From positions 158,967,415 to 159,031,414 of the forward strand of contig NC_092375.1 of NCBI RefSeq assembly GCF_030028105.1: a stretch of DNA of 64,000 bases, in the 5' to 3' direction. Below, piece by piece: positions 25,725-38,019 of the stretch. This DNA comes from Mobula birostris. Its lineage: Eukaryota. Below the pieces are notes generated by a model. It worked only from the letters and a program-made list of their open reading frames with translations, searched no databases and was not told the DNA's origin. The first letter of the stretch is position 1; each line of letters starts with the position of its first letter. The position numbers and the translations under genes are program-made.

Positions 25725-26050
25725 ATGAGGCACAGTAGCGGGAGGGGGAGGAGCGTTCAATTCCCACCACTACCTATAGGAATTTGTACTTTCCCCATGT
25801 GGCCACATTGGCTTCCTCCAGGTGCACCAGTTCCTTCCCACATTCTGAAGACATATGGGTTGGGGTTACTAAGCTGTGAGCATGCTATGTTGGTGCTGGA
25901 AGCATGATAAGACTTGTGAGTGCCCACCACCACCCCCTCCCCCCAGCATATCCTCAGACTGTGTTGGCCATTGATGCTAACAAAGCATTTCATTGTATGT
26001 ATTGATGTTTCAATGTATATGTGACAAAGAAAGCTAATTTTTCTCTTTAA
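25725..26050 (+). mobile_element. V-SINE-like element
   Basis: B-box-like GTTCAATTCC, then a V-domain-like TCCTCCAGGTGCACCAGTTCCTTCCCACATTCTGAAGAC and a LINE-like tail. Confidence 0.65.
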
Positions 26051-26228
26051 GAGCAGTATCAATCCCACTATTATTAGACTTTTGAACAAACCTTTTATAT
26101 ACTTAAATTGAACACTTGATCTCTCAGGCTATCTCATCATATTCCCTGCATTTTGTTGGACTACCTGCGTTGCACTGTCTCTGCAAATGTAAAACTGTAT
26201 TTGACATTTTGAGTCAAGACCCTTCTTC

Positions 26229-26266
26229 CAGTCCTGAAGAAGGTTCTCGGCCCGAAACATCGACTG
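26229..26266 (+). ncRNA. Minimal type-I hammerhead ribozyme motif in a Penelope-derived terminal repeat
   Basis: CAGTC-CTGAAGA-a-GG..CC-GAAA-C-ATC-GACTG. Stem I is CAGTC/GACTG, with CUGANGA and GAAA cores and an NUH triplet. Confidence 0.7.
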
Positions 26267-28034
26267 TTCATTCATTTCCGTAGACACTGCTGAGATGCTC
26301 CAGCATTTTGTATGTGTTGCATTGGATTTCCAGCAACTGCACAAGTTCTTGTGTTCACCATAATCTACAATGCTTTCCATTTTATACTTCCTTGAATTAT
26401 GTGTGGAACGATCTGTCTGGATAACACACAAACCAAAGCCTTTCACTGTATCCTGGCATAAATGACAATAATAAATTAGCTATTAATCACCAATGTAAAG
26501 TCCTTTGATGTAAATCTTTCTATTGATTGATGAGAGATGCTACTTAGAGATTACTTTGACCTTATTTCTACTCCCTCCCTAAGCAGATTTTCTTTTCTCC
26601 TGGAATTGGGGCCAGTGTGGGTTATACATTAGCTGAAAGATGCTTCTATTGGAGTCCTGAAGGAGGGTCTCAGCCTGAAATATCGACTATCGACATTTCC
26701 ATTGATGCTGCCTGACCTGCTGAGTTCCTCCAGCATTTTATGTGTGCTGCTTTGGATTTCCAGCTTCTGCAGACTTTCTCATGTTTATGCTTCTACATGA
26801 TCTTCTTTGATCTACATGTCTTTTGATTTCCTCATTATCTTATTCTGCATTTGACTGGATAATAAAGGACAGTACTTTAGTTGTATTGAACTCATTAGAG
26901 CAAACTACAAGGCAAATTCATTTCCCTGTTTGAAACTTCAGAACCACATCATGCTAAATCTCTCATAACGGCAGAACTGAAGAAATACTTTACGAATATT
27001 TCAATCAATATTGTCATTTCAGATTGCACAGATACAGACCTGTGAAATCTCACACAGCCTAGGCTGACAAGGCAAGTTAGGCATCTTGTGATCTGTTTTT
27101 AATCTATTTGTTAGAACTTAGCATACAGTACATTTGAGATGTATCTTTGATCATCTAACCACTTATTGATACATTGTTGGCTTGCACTCCCTTGACATGA
27201 TGTTTCTCAGACAAAATACAGCTTAAGATTCAAAAGCTTTGCAGCTTAAAACCCAATACTGGCCAGTCCTTTGCAGTTAAAATCACCTCTAAAGATGATA
27301 TGCAATGGATTCCATTTAACTGGGATACTTTGGGACCAAAACATTTTGGCCTAATTAAGCAGCTGCCCCAACTAGACAGAGTTTCACGGGAATAGTTTAA
27401 AAGGTATAAAAAGACAAGCTACTGTTTAATTCAGTAAGACTTTATGAATTTAAAGGAAGTATAGAACAAATTAGAATACTTTCAATACTATTACAGTACT
27501 ATAACATTGTGTATTAGTAGTTATCAGTGGAGTAATTCATACAGTGTATGTTCCTGTGTTCTTCTGATTGACTGCGAATGAACAAAATCAGCGCAGATAC
27601 CAAGAGTAGATAATGGACTGCCTTCAAACAATACCACCAATAATTGTATCTGCCAAATCTTCATTTTCATTAAACATTCAAGATGGTTATCGATACTTTC
27701 AAGTTCTTCATTGTTCCTAATTTGTTGAAGTAGTGAAGTTTCAGTTATGTTTTGTAACATCAAAGTTATTCAAAAGAAGACTTATTGAGTCCAATATGCA
27801 GTTTAACTTTAGGTTTATTTTAAGTGAAGTGCATACATGTCATGTGGTAGTGTGAAGACATCTTCAATTGACCTATTTAAAAATATGCAGGATAACCCTT
27901 AATGAATTATTTAAACAAACAGGAATACATTCAAACAATATATATATACAAGATTACTCAAATATTATTGAAATACACTACACTCCTTCCTGCTTAGCTA
28001 TAAACTCTGTCTCAATAGAAAAAGCATTTCAACT

Positions 28035-31000
28035 TTTCAGAGTTAGACTGCAACCAATCAGCAGAAGCATGAAAAGAGAGCTACCTTTTCATTTAGGTTC
28101 ACAATCAAAATTAAAAAGGCTGCATTTCATGGCAGTTTATTGGAATTGGACTGCGACCAATCACTGAGCAGGAGCATAAGAACAGAACTACATTTTCACT
28201 TAGGTTTGCAATGAATATTAAAAAGGTAGCGCTTCGGTGTTGGACAGCGACCAATCACAGAGTGGGATTCATCAGAAAGAGCAAATAAAATAAGCCAGCT
28301 GCAAGTGCACCATCTCGGATTGCAAGACCCTGCAGCGGATAGTGAGGTCAGCTGAGAAGATCATCGGGGTCTCTCTTCCCGCCATTACAGACATTTACAC
28401 CACACGCTGCATCCATAAAGCAAACAGCATTATGAAGGATCCCATGCACTCCTCATACAAACTCTTCTCCTTCCTGCCACCTGGCAAAAGGCACCGAAGT
28501 ATTCGGGCTCTCACGACCAGACTATGTAACAGTTTCTTCCCCCAGGTCATCAGACTCCTCAATACCCAGAGCCTGGTCTGACACCAACCTACTGCTCTCT
28601 ACTGTGCCTATTGTCTTGTTTATTATTTATTGTAATGCCTGCACTGTTTTGTGCACTTTATGCAGTCCTGGGTAGGTCTGTAGTCTAGTGTAGTTTTGTG
28701 TTGTTTTATGAAGTTCAGTGTAGTTTTTGTATTGTTCATGTAGGACCATGGTCCTGAAAAACATTGTCTCATTTTTACTGTGTACTGTACCAGCAGTTAT
28801 AGTTGAAATGACAATAAAAAATGACTTGACTTGACTTGAAGTGGAGTGGCTATTGTTGTGAGTGGTCCAGTGGTGGAGTGGTTTTGGCATACACAAGATC
28901 ACGGTTGGGTGAGGTAAGTATCTGGTAAGTTTCTTTTTTTTCCTCTTTATTCTTCATTGTCTGTTAGGGCACTGTTAGTCCAGTGAAAATGGCTCCGGGG
29001 TAGTGTTTTGTTCTGTGTGTGAGAGATAGGAATTCTAGAAGATAGAGACACACAAATGATATGTAGCCTCCCAGGTACCAGGGTGAGGGTTGGGTCCATG
29101 GCATTCTAAAGGGGGAGGGTAAGCAGCTGGAGGTCTTAGTACATATTGGCACCAACAACATAGATAGAAAAGGTGAGGAGGTCCTGCAGAGCAATTTTAT
29201 GGAGCTAGGTAGAAAGCTGAGAAAAAGGACCTCCAGGGTAGAAATCTCTGGATTTCTGCCCATGCCTCGCACCTGTGGGGGTAAGAATAGGAAGATTTGA
29301 CATTTGAATGTGTGGCTAAGGAACTGGTGCAGGGGCCAGGGGTTTAGATTTATGGATCATTGGGATCTCTTCTGGGGGAAAGAACAACCTGTACAAAGGG
29401 GAAAGTTTACACCTGACCCGAGGGGGACCAACATCCTTGTGGGCAAGTCTGTTACAGCTGTTCAGGAGGGGTTACATGCTTGGCAGGGGGATAGAAACTA
29501 AAGTGATAGTGATAGTACTGAAGATAAGATAAGTCAGTGTGTAGTGAGACTGCTAGCAAGGAGGGTCTGGTGATAGGGCAAAAATGCAGTAAACAGGGTG
29601 AGTTGCAATTTAAAAGGCGGACAAAATTGTTGGGGGTGAATACAGGACTGAAGGTATTATTTCGGAATGCATGCAGTGTATAGAATAAGGTAGGTGAATA
29701 TGTAGCACAGTTACAATTTGGCATGTATGATGTTATGGGCATCACTGAATCATAGCTGAAAGCAAATTAGAGCTGAGAACTTAACGCCCATGGATACACA
29801 TTGTACAAAAAGGATTGGCAGGTAGGCAGAGGGGGTGGCGTGGCTCTGTTGGTAAAAAAATGAAATCAAGTCATTAGAGAGAAGTGGCATAGGGTCAGAA
29901 GGTGTTGAATCATGGTGAGTAGACCTAAGGAACTTCAAGGGTGAATAAACCCTGATGGGAGTTATACACAGAACACCCCCCCAAAAAAAACAGTGGTAAA
30001 GATGTGGACTACAAATTACAAAAGGAGATAGAAAATGTATGTCAAAAGGACAATGTTATGATAGTCATAGGGGATTTCCATATGCAGGCAGATTAGAAAT
30101 ATTAGTTTGGTGATGGATCCCAAGAGGGGGAATTTCTAGAATGCTTACAAGGTGGCTTTTTAGAGCAGCTTGTGGTTGAGCTCACTAGGGGATCAGTTAT
30201 TCTGGACTAGATGTTGTGATATAAACCAGAAGTGGTTAAGGTAGAGAGCTTAAGGGAGAGGAACCCTTAGGGGTAATTATCAAATATGATCTGCAATTTG
30301 ATAAGGTGAAGTTAAAGTCAGATATATCAGTATTACAGTGAAGTAAAGGGAATTACAAAGGCAAAAGAGAGGAGCTGGTTAAAGATGATTGGAAGGGGAC
30401 ACTAGCAGGGATGATGACAGAGCAGCAATGGCTAGCGTTTCTGGGAGCAATTCAGAAGGCACAAGCTATATATATCCCAAAGGGGAAGAAGTATTCTTAA
30501 GGCAGGATGACACAAACGTGGCTAACAAGATAAGTCAAAACAAACATAAAAGCCAATGAGAGAGCATATAGTAGAGTAAAATTTAGTGAAAAGTTGGAGG
30601 ATTGGGAAGGTTTTACAGACCAACAGAAGGCAACTAAAAATGTCATAAGGAAGGAAAAGATGGAATATGAAGGCAAACTAGCAAATAATATTAAAGAGGA
30701 TACCAGAAGTTTCTTCAGATATATAAAATGTAAAAATGAGAGTAGATATCAGAGCACTGGGAAATGATGCTGGAGAGGTTGTAATGGGGACAAGGAAATG
30801 GCCAACTAACCAAATAGGTTTTTTGCATTAGTCTTCACTGTGGAAGATACTAGCAGTATGCTGGAGCTTCGAGAGTGTCAGGGTTCAAAAGTATGTGAAG
30901 TTGCGATTACTATTAAGAAGGTTCTTGGGAAACTGAAAGGTCTAAAGTTAGATAAGGTTATACACTGAAGGGTTTTGAAAGAGGTGGCTGAAGAGATTGT

Positions 31001-32115
31001 AGAAGCATTAGTAATGATGTTTCCAGAATCAATTGATTCTAGCATCATTCCAGAGGACTGGAAAATTGTAAATGTCACTCCACTCTTGAAGAAGGAAGAG
31101 AGGCAGAATATTAGAAATTATAGGCCAGTTAGTCCGACCTCAGTGCTTTGGAAGATGTTGGAGTCAATTGTTAAGGATGTGGTTTCGGGGTATTTGGAGG
31201 CACATGATAAAATAGGCTGTAGTCGGCATGGTTTCCTCAAGGGGAAATCTTGCCTGACAAATCTGTTGGAATTCTTTGAAGAAATAACAAACAGTATAGA
31301 CAAAGGAAAATCAGTGGATGTTGTGTACTTGGATTTTCAGAAGGTCTTTGACAAGGTGCCACACATGAGGCTGCTTAACAAGTTAAGAGCCCATGGAATT
31401 CCATGGAAGATATTAGCATGGATAGGGCATTGGCTGATTGGCAGGAGGCAAATATTTGGAACAAAGGGAGCCTTTTCTGATTGGCTGCCATGTTCTCCAG
31501 GAGTCTGTGCTAGGACTGCTTCTAGACATTAGAAGAATGAGCAAAGAAGTGGCCAATGGAATACAGCTCAGTATTTTGAGCAGTTTTGGGCCGCTTATCT
31601 AAGGAAGTATGTTTTCTCACATTGGAAGGGGTTCAAAGGGGGTTCAGGAAAACGATTCCAGGATTGAAAGGCTTGTCATATGAGAAATGTTCAATGACTC
31701 TGGGCCTCAACTCACTGGAATTCAGAAGAATGAGTGGTGACCTTATTGAAACCTATCAAATGTTGAAAGGCCTAGAAGAATTAATTTGGAGAGCATGTTT
31801 CTTATGGTGGGGCTGTTTAAGACCAGAGGACACAGCCTCAGAATAGAAGGGTGTCCTTTTAGAACAGAGATGAGGAGGAATTTCATTAACTACCAAATAG
31901 TGAATCTGTGGAATTTGCCACAGGTGGCTGTGGAAGCAAAGTCATTGGGTATATTTAAGGCAGAGGTTGACGGTTGCTTGATGAGTCAGGGTATGAAGGA
32001 CTATGGAGAGAGGACAGGAGATACAGGCTGAGAGGTAAAATGGATCAGCCATGATGAAATGACAGAGCAGACTCGATGGACCAAATGGCGAAATTCTGTT
32101 TCTATATCTTTTGGC
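28035..32115 (+). mobile_element. Near-full-length decayed CR1 (5'UTR, ORF1 esterase remnant, ORF2 EN-RT, tail)
   Basis: VHIGTNN and NVWLRNWCRGQGFRFMDHWDLFWG (ORF1). GGGVAL, NYRPVS, SCLTNLLEFFEE, DFQKVFDKVPH (ORF2). Internal deletions. Confidence 0.9.
28308..28838 (+). mobile_element. Rex1 3' end nested in the CR1 5'UTR
   Basis: SAEKIIG..KDPMH..LPPGKRHRS..NSFFPQVIRLLN. (GACTT)n tail. Possible AAGTG TSD. Confidence 0.88.
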
Positions 32116-32159
32116 CCACCTGAGGCTGCAGGAAGTGGTTCTGATAGCGGTAGCCACTT

Positions 32160-32710
32160 TTCTTCTTCTTTTTTCTTCCTTTAGTTTGTGCATCTTGATC
32201 TTGTGAAGTTCCATTTAGGTCATTGGAGTATTCTCTTATCAATCTTATCTATTTCCCCCTTATGATCTGATCCCTCTATTGGTATAACATTACTTGATAA
32301 ATCCTCTGTTTTCGTATCTCATTGACTCCTTTCTTTTTGGCCTTCCATTCATCCATTTGACTTTGGTCTTTGTATATACTTTTACAAACAGCTTTTTGTC
32401 TCCTATTTGAAGTTCATGCAATAACTTTAATGCACTTAAAGCAGATTCTGGATCCCTAAACTCACAAAAGCCGAAGGCTTGCAATTTTCCAGAAACTCCT
32501 TGACCTCACTTCCAACTTTAAACATAGCCACATTTCACAAGTAACTGCCTGATTAACACATCAGAAGCTTTCTAAAGCTCCCGTGTTTCCTACAAAAACT
32601 GCTGTAGTCGAACCACTGCTTTCATCACTTTCATGCTTTTTCTAAGCAGCATGGTCCTTTGTTGACCCAATATGCTTTCTAACCAGAGGCACAGAGGTTG
32701 GCACCGACAC
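32160..32710 (-). pseudogene. RBM25: Processed (intronless) RBM25 fragment covering the RRM region
   Basis: VSVPTSVPLVRKHIG..SGSTTAVFVGN..ASDVLIRQLLVKCG..SGKLQAFGFCEFRDPESALSALKLLHELQIGDKKLFVKV..RDQII..LIREYS. Human RBM25 reads VLVPTVSMVGKHLG..GPTTTVFVGN..SGKLQAFGFCEYKEPESTLRALRLLHDLQIGEKKLLVKV. Stops and frameshifts present. Confidence 0.92.
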
Positions 32711-32764
32711 CTGTTTGTCCTCTGTTGAGCAACAATTCATAGTGTAGAGCATGGAGACAGTTAT

Positions 32765-33979
32765 GCCATCATCCAGTACCTTTCTTAATTTGCTTCCAGT
32801 TTAATTTATTGTTGGGAGTATGACATGCAAATGATGGATGGATCTCCAATCTAGTTGTAGTTGTCTCAGCCAATCATGTCCCACAATGCTGGGCCTCCTG
32901 TTTTTACCAAGTACAAGTTAAATGTGACTTGTTGGTTATATTTCACAGTCACGAGTGTCATTATCTCAAGAGTTATCTTTTCTCTAGTATAAGTTCTTAG
33001 TTGGATATATGCAGGCTTCAGTTTAGTATCTTTGAAATGCTGTTCAAACTCATTTTGTGAAACAGCCAAACCAGTGTCTAATTCCATTTTAATTAATTGA
33101 CGCTCACATTTGGGTGTAAGCCATACTGCTTGTTAATTCTTAATTTTCACTCTGTAAATCAAAGGCTACACCATCCAGTGTCACTCTCATCATTATCAGA
33201 TAATTCATCAACAGCGTGCAGATTAGTGCTCTTTCTGAAAATGCACATTGCCTTTTTGCTTTTGCTCTTCCCTGAGCAGTCCATTTATTTTTGTCTACCC
33301 AGCATACTCTTTGTATATGACCTATTTTGTTGCATTTCTGCAAGATTAGCCTTTAAATCTGCATTTGTTTGGTGTATGTGAGCCCCTGCTACTATAGTAA
33401 CACAATTTGTTTGGCCAGGCTAGTTTCTGTTTAGACACCACATTTTATTCACCTTTACTTTCATTCCTGACTGCAACTCAATTGCATCTCTGTCTGTAGT
33501 TTCCACTGAAATAGCGATTCCTACTGCTCTTTTGAATGTAAGTTATGCTTCATTTAGGAGATATTTCTGAATGCTTTAGTTTAAGATTCCATAAACTAAA
33601 CAATCTCTTAGTGTATCAGTATGTCCATTACTGAACAGACAATGCTCAGACAATCTCTTCAATTCAGCTATGTATGCTGAAATGGACTACCCTTCTTTTC
33701 GATACTGCTTATGAAAACCAAAGCATTCTGCAAACAACAATGGCTTTGGTTCTAAATGTTCATGTATTACTTTTACAATTGCAGCAAAGCTCATTTCTGT
33801 TGGTTTGTTTGGAGCAGTTAAACTTTGAAGCAAACTGTATACTTTAATCTCAATGCAATTGGCAAAATTGGCACTGACTTCTCATTGGCTATTTTATTTG
33901 CTTCAAAATACTGTTTAGTATATATGAGCCAATTACCCACCATGTAAACAAACTCAATCTTTCTGATGTAGCTAGCCAT
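32765..33979 (-). pseudogene. Gypsy gag-protease, decayed
   Basis: Start MASYIRKIE at 33979. Zn-knuckle CNKIGHIQRVC. Protease MELDTGLAVS. Ends at KLRKVLDD, before RT. Confidence 0.88.
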
Positions 33980-34737
33980 TTCTAATTTTTTAAAATAATC
34001 ATTATCACCCTCTAGTCACTTTTTCTGAACCCTGAATTATGCCATTTATGCCCTTTTTATAAACTCGATGCCTTTGCACATGCTGGGATGTATTTTTCAC
34101 TCACTGTGTTGTTTTTCGTTGAAATATCTCACTGTGATTTAACAGGTTGGTAACTGCCTCAGCTTTGTATTCAAAAAAATACCTCGTTGCCAGGTTTGTA
34201 ACTTTAAAACATTGAAATAATTCAAAAGAACACAGTAAATCCAAAATGCAGTCTAACTTTGGGTTCACTTTAAGCGAGGCACATATGTATCACATATACA
34301 TATAATCCATAATGAATCATCCAAATGAATATGAATACTTAATCAACCAATATATATTCAAAAGATTACTCAAATATTACTGAAATATTAAATATACAAC
34401 AGTTTCAATTTCACTCCCGACTGATTCTTGCTTCTGCAAGCCTAAATTTTTGAAACTGCAGTGAGCAAAACATTTCTAAGTTGTCCTGCTATTGATTTCT
34501 TGCCAACCTTCAGTGATAGAAATCACTGTTTTTTTTTCCAAACACAAACACACACAACTTACGCTACTTAAAAACTATTTTCTCCAAGCACGCTATAGAG
34601 TCTAACGGCCATACAAATGCACGCATCTGATGCTCGATAGCAACTGTTCAGCAACAGTCTCCTGCCCTAATTAAGTGGCATTGTGTCCCAAATAAACGGA
34701 GGAAATCCTAGCTATTTTCTCGATCAGTCTTTGATCT

Positions 34738-35795
34738 TAGACCATAAGACCATAAGACAAAGGAGCAGAAGTAGGCCATTCGGCCCATCGAGTCTGCTCC
34801 GCCATTTTGTCATGAGCTGATCGATTTTATCCTATTTAGTCCCACTGCCCCACCTTCTCACCATAACCTTTGATGCCCTGGCTACTCAGATACCTGTCAA
34901 TCTCTGCCTTAAAGACACCCAATGACTTGGCCTCCACTGCTGCCCATGGCAACAAGTTCCATAGATTCACCACCCTCTGACTAAAAAAATTTTTTTGCAT
35001 TTCTGTTCTGAAAGGGCGCCCTTCAATCCTGAAGTCATGCCCTTTCGTACTAGACTCCCCCATCATGGGAAACAACTTTGCCACATCCACTCTGTCCATG
35101 CCTTTTAACATTCAAAATGTTTCTATGAGGTCTCCCCTCATTCTTCTAAACTCCAAGGAATACAGTCCAAGAGCGGACAAATGTTCCTTATATGTTAACC
35201 CTCTCATTCCTGGAATCATTCTAGTGAATCTTCTCTGTACCCTCTCCAACGTCAGCACATCCTTTCTTAAATAAGGAGACCAAAACTGCCCATAGTACTC
35301 CAAGTGAGGTCTCATCAGCGCCTTACAGAGCCTCAACATCACATTCCTGCTCCTATACTCTATTCCTCTAGAAATGAATGCCAACATTGCATTCGCCTTC
35401 TTCACTACCGACTCAACCTGGAGGTTAACTTTAAGGGAATCCTGTACGAGGACTCCCAAGTCCCGTTGCATCTCCGAACTTTGAATTCTTTCCCCATTTA
35501 AATAATAGTCTGCCCGTTTATTTTTTCTGCCAAAGTGCATAACCATACACTTTCCAACATTGTACTTCATTTGCCACTTCTCTGCCCATTCTTCCAATCT
35601 ATCCAAGACTCTCTGCAGACTCTTCATTTCCTCAGCACTACCAGCCCCTCCACCTATCTTCGTATCATCAGCAAACTTAGCCACAAAGCCATCTATTCCA
35701 TAATCCAAATCGTTGATGTACAATGTAAAAAGAAGCGGCCCCAACACTGATCCCTGTGGGGTACCTCTGGTAACCGGCAGCCAACCAGAATAGGA
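34738..35795 (-). mobile_element. Young CR1 3' fragment
   Basis: 211-aa open RT C-terminus (35112-35747). GACCATAA octamer tail. Confidence 0.95.
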
Positions 35796-37169
35796 TCTTG
35801 AAGAGTTGTCCCCAATAAGTAGCCACCATTAACTGAATCCATTGTGTTCATACCATTATGTTCAGAAAATAATAATTTACAGGTAAGATAATACATGGTA
35901 TCAGTGTAAAACAATCACTGAATGAACTAGAAAAAGTATAGATTGAAGTCATAATGTGTGAGTTACACATGTGAGTTTGCCAAACTGCAATTTGCACACA
36001 ATTTTTGTACTGCCTTCTGTGTAACCTGACAACAGGGTCAGTCAGTGCCAACATGCTGCTTACAGTGAGTAGCTGCTTGTGCCAGTTGAGGATTGCTGGT
36101 GCTGACTGAAGCAGTTAAAGTCACTGAACAGATTTCAGAGTTTTCTTGAGGTCACAGCAAAGCAGAGCACAGGGCAGCATGTTGATTTTCTGACGTGGCT
36201 GTGTACGCATCAACAGAGGGAAAGAGTCGTAATCCAGCCCAGGGATCTGGTGAGACTTGTCACTAATGAAGTAACTGTGACATGGTCAATAGCCATTGTG
36301 AAGCTCTGCAGTGCTGACACAAGTTTAATGACCTCTCACTCCTGGTTAGAGCTGGGAATAAATCAGTAAATTCACTTCCTAACAGCTGCACCCCATACAT
36401 ATTGAAAGCTGTACACCCGTACTAGTAAAGACCTTGATCAATCAGGACATGTATCACTTATTCTCATACTTCACCTCATCATCACATTTTACAATCATGC
36501 CACACTGCTGTCACAGAGCTCACTCAAAAATGGATGGTCCAACATGAAGTTTGCAATGTACATCATTGACATGTTTCCCCCCATCTTGAAAAATGCGGTG
36601 ACGTACAATCTCCTCCAAGTAGCAGCAGATTGATATGGGCAGTGTGTGATGGTATGGGTCTGGATGCAGAGACTACCAAAAGATACAGCAGGAGGTAGAT
36701 CATTTGCAAGTACGGCAGGGGAATGGCAGATGGAGCTTAATCCGGGCAACAATGAAGTGTTGCACTTTGCAGATCAAATGTGAAGGGAAATAAGCTGTTA
36801 ATGGCAGCACTGATGCACAGAAGAATCTCATATTCCAAGTGCAATGCTTCCTGAAGGACTCCACATAAGTTCAAAGAGAGGTAAAAGGCAGAATATGGAA
36901 TCCATGCCTTTTATTATTCAAGTCATTGAGTGTAAGAGTCTGCCCATTGCCTTCTGTTTTTGGTCTGTGATATGCACATAATTCTCTATTGGAGTTTCAC
37001 AGATTGGCTTCCCATTTTTAACACACTGCGGCTGGCACGCTGTCTGCATTTTTCTATTGAACTGGAGAAAATCCCTAGCTTGACGGGGATTAGAGAAAAA
37101 AAAATGTAGGCTCATTATGGTCAGAAACAGGGGAAGTTGTCATACAGGAGAAACAAATGGCAGAAAAAA

Positions 37170-37375
37170 ATACTTCAAACACGAGGAAATCTGCAGATGC
37201 TGGAAATTCAAGAAACACACACAAAATGCTGGTGGAACACAGCAGGCCAGGCAGCATCTATAGGAAGAGGTACAGGCAACGTTTTGGGCCGAGACCCTTC
37301 GTCAGGACTAACTGAAAGAAGAGATAGTAAGAGATTTGAAAGTGGGAGGGGGAGGGGGAGATCCAAAATGATAGG
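37170..37375 (-). repeat. Penelope terminal-repeat fragment with hammerhead-like motif
   Basis: Minus strand reads AGTCCTGACGAAGGGTCTCGGCCCAAAACGTT. Confidence 0.75.
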
Positions 37376-38019
37376 CTTCAGTTCTTTTTCACAGGATGTA
37401 GGATCTTCCAGGAATACTGGAAAATTTGGAGTCTATGAAAGGTTGGAATTAAGGAAATTTAGTACTTCTAAAAAAAAATGGTGCCGGAAAAAATGTGAGT
37501 CTGAGACAGAAAAATTCATTGAGTCTGATAATCTGAGTAGAAAAAAGCGACAGTGATGGGAATAGTGCTGGATTAGTTGTCATTTGTTTAAACTATAAAT
37601 TTTGGAATGATTCCTGTAGACTGGAGGGATACAAATGTAAACCCACTATTTAAAATGCCATGGAGGGAAAAGTGGGAACTACAGACGGTTAGCTTAAAAT
37701 CTGTAGTGGGGAAAATGCTAGAGATTATTATAAAAGTTGTGGAAAAAAGATGAAAATCAGCAGAATTAAACAAAGTAATATGGATCTGTGAAAGTTTTTA
37801 CAAACTTATTTGGGTTTTATTGATAATGCAAATGGTATAATAAAAAGAAGGGCGTGTATGTATTTTCAGAAGACCTTAGATAAAGTCCCATATTAGAGAT
37901 AGTGTATGAAATGAAATCACAGGGAATTGGGTATAATATATTGGAAATTGGTTAACTGACCAGAAACAGAGAGGAGGAGTAGATGGGGTGGCAGGTGATG
38001 ATTTAGAGTTACAGAGTCA

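Larger units (their letters stand above)
27743..34401 (-). mobile_element. Gypsy LTR retrotransposon carrying captured RBM25 cDNA
   Basis: LTRs at 27743-27982 and ~34193-34401 share AAGATTACTCAAATATTA and other blocks. TSD GTTTC at 27738-27742 and 34402-34406. PBS TGGCAACGAGGT (34181-34192). PPT AAGCAGGAAGGAG (27983-27995). Confidence 0.9.
27303..35844. mobile_element. Tigger/pogo-like non-autonomous DNA transposon, interrupted by Gypsy and CR1 insertions
   Basis: TIR-like ends CAATGGATTC (27303) and GAATCCATTG (35835-35844). Sequence either side of the GTTTC TSD appears contiguous. Confidence 0.65.

Noticed and set aside
32160-32710. Functional RBM25 gene or exons
   Set aside because: Intronless, partial, contains stops and frameshifts, and lies inside an LTR element.
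37137-37556. 139-aa ORF, and similar ORFs at 43005-43412 and 56393-56833
   Set aside because: Chance translations across the Penelope terminal repeat.
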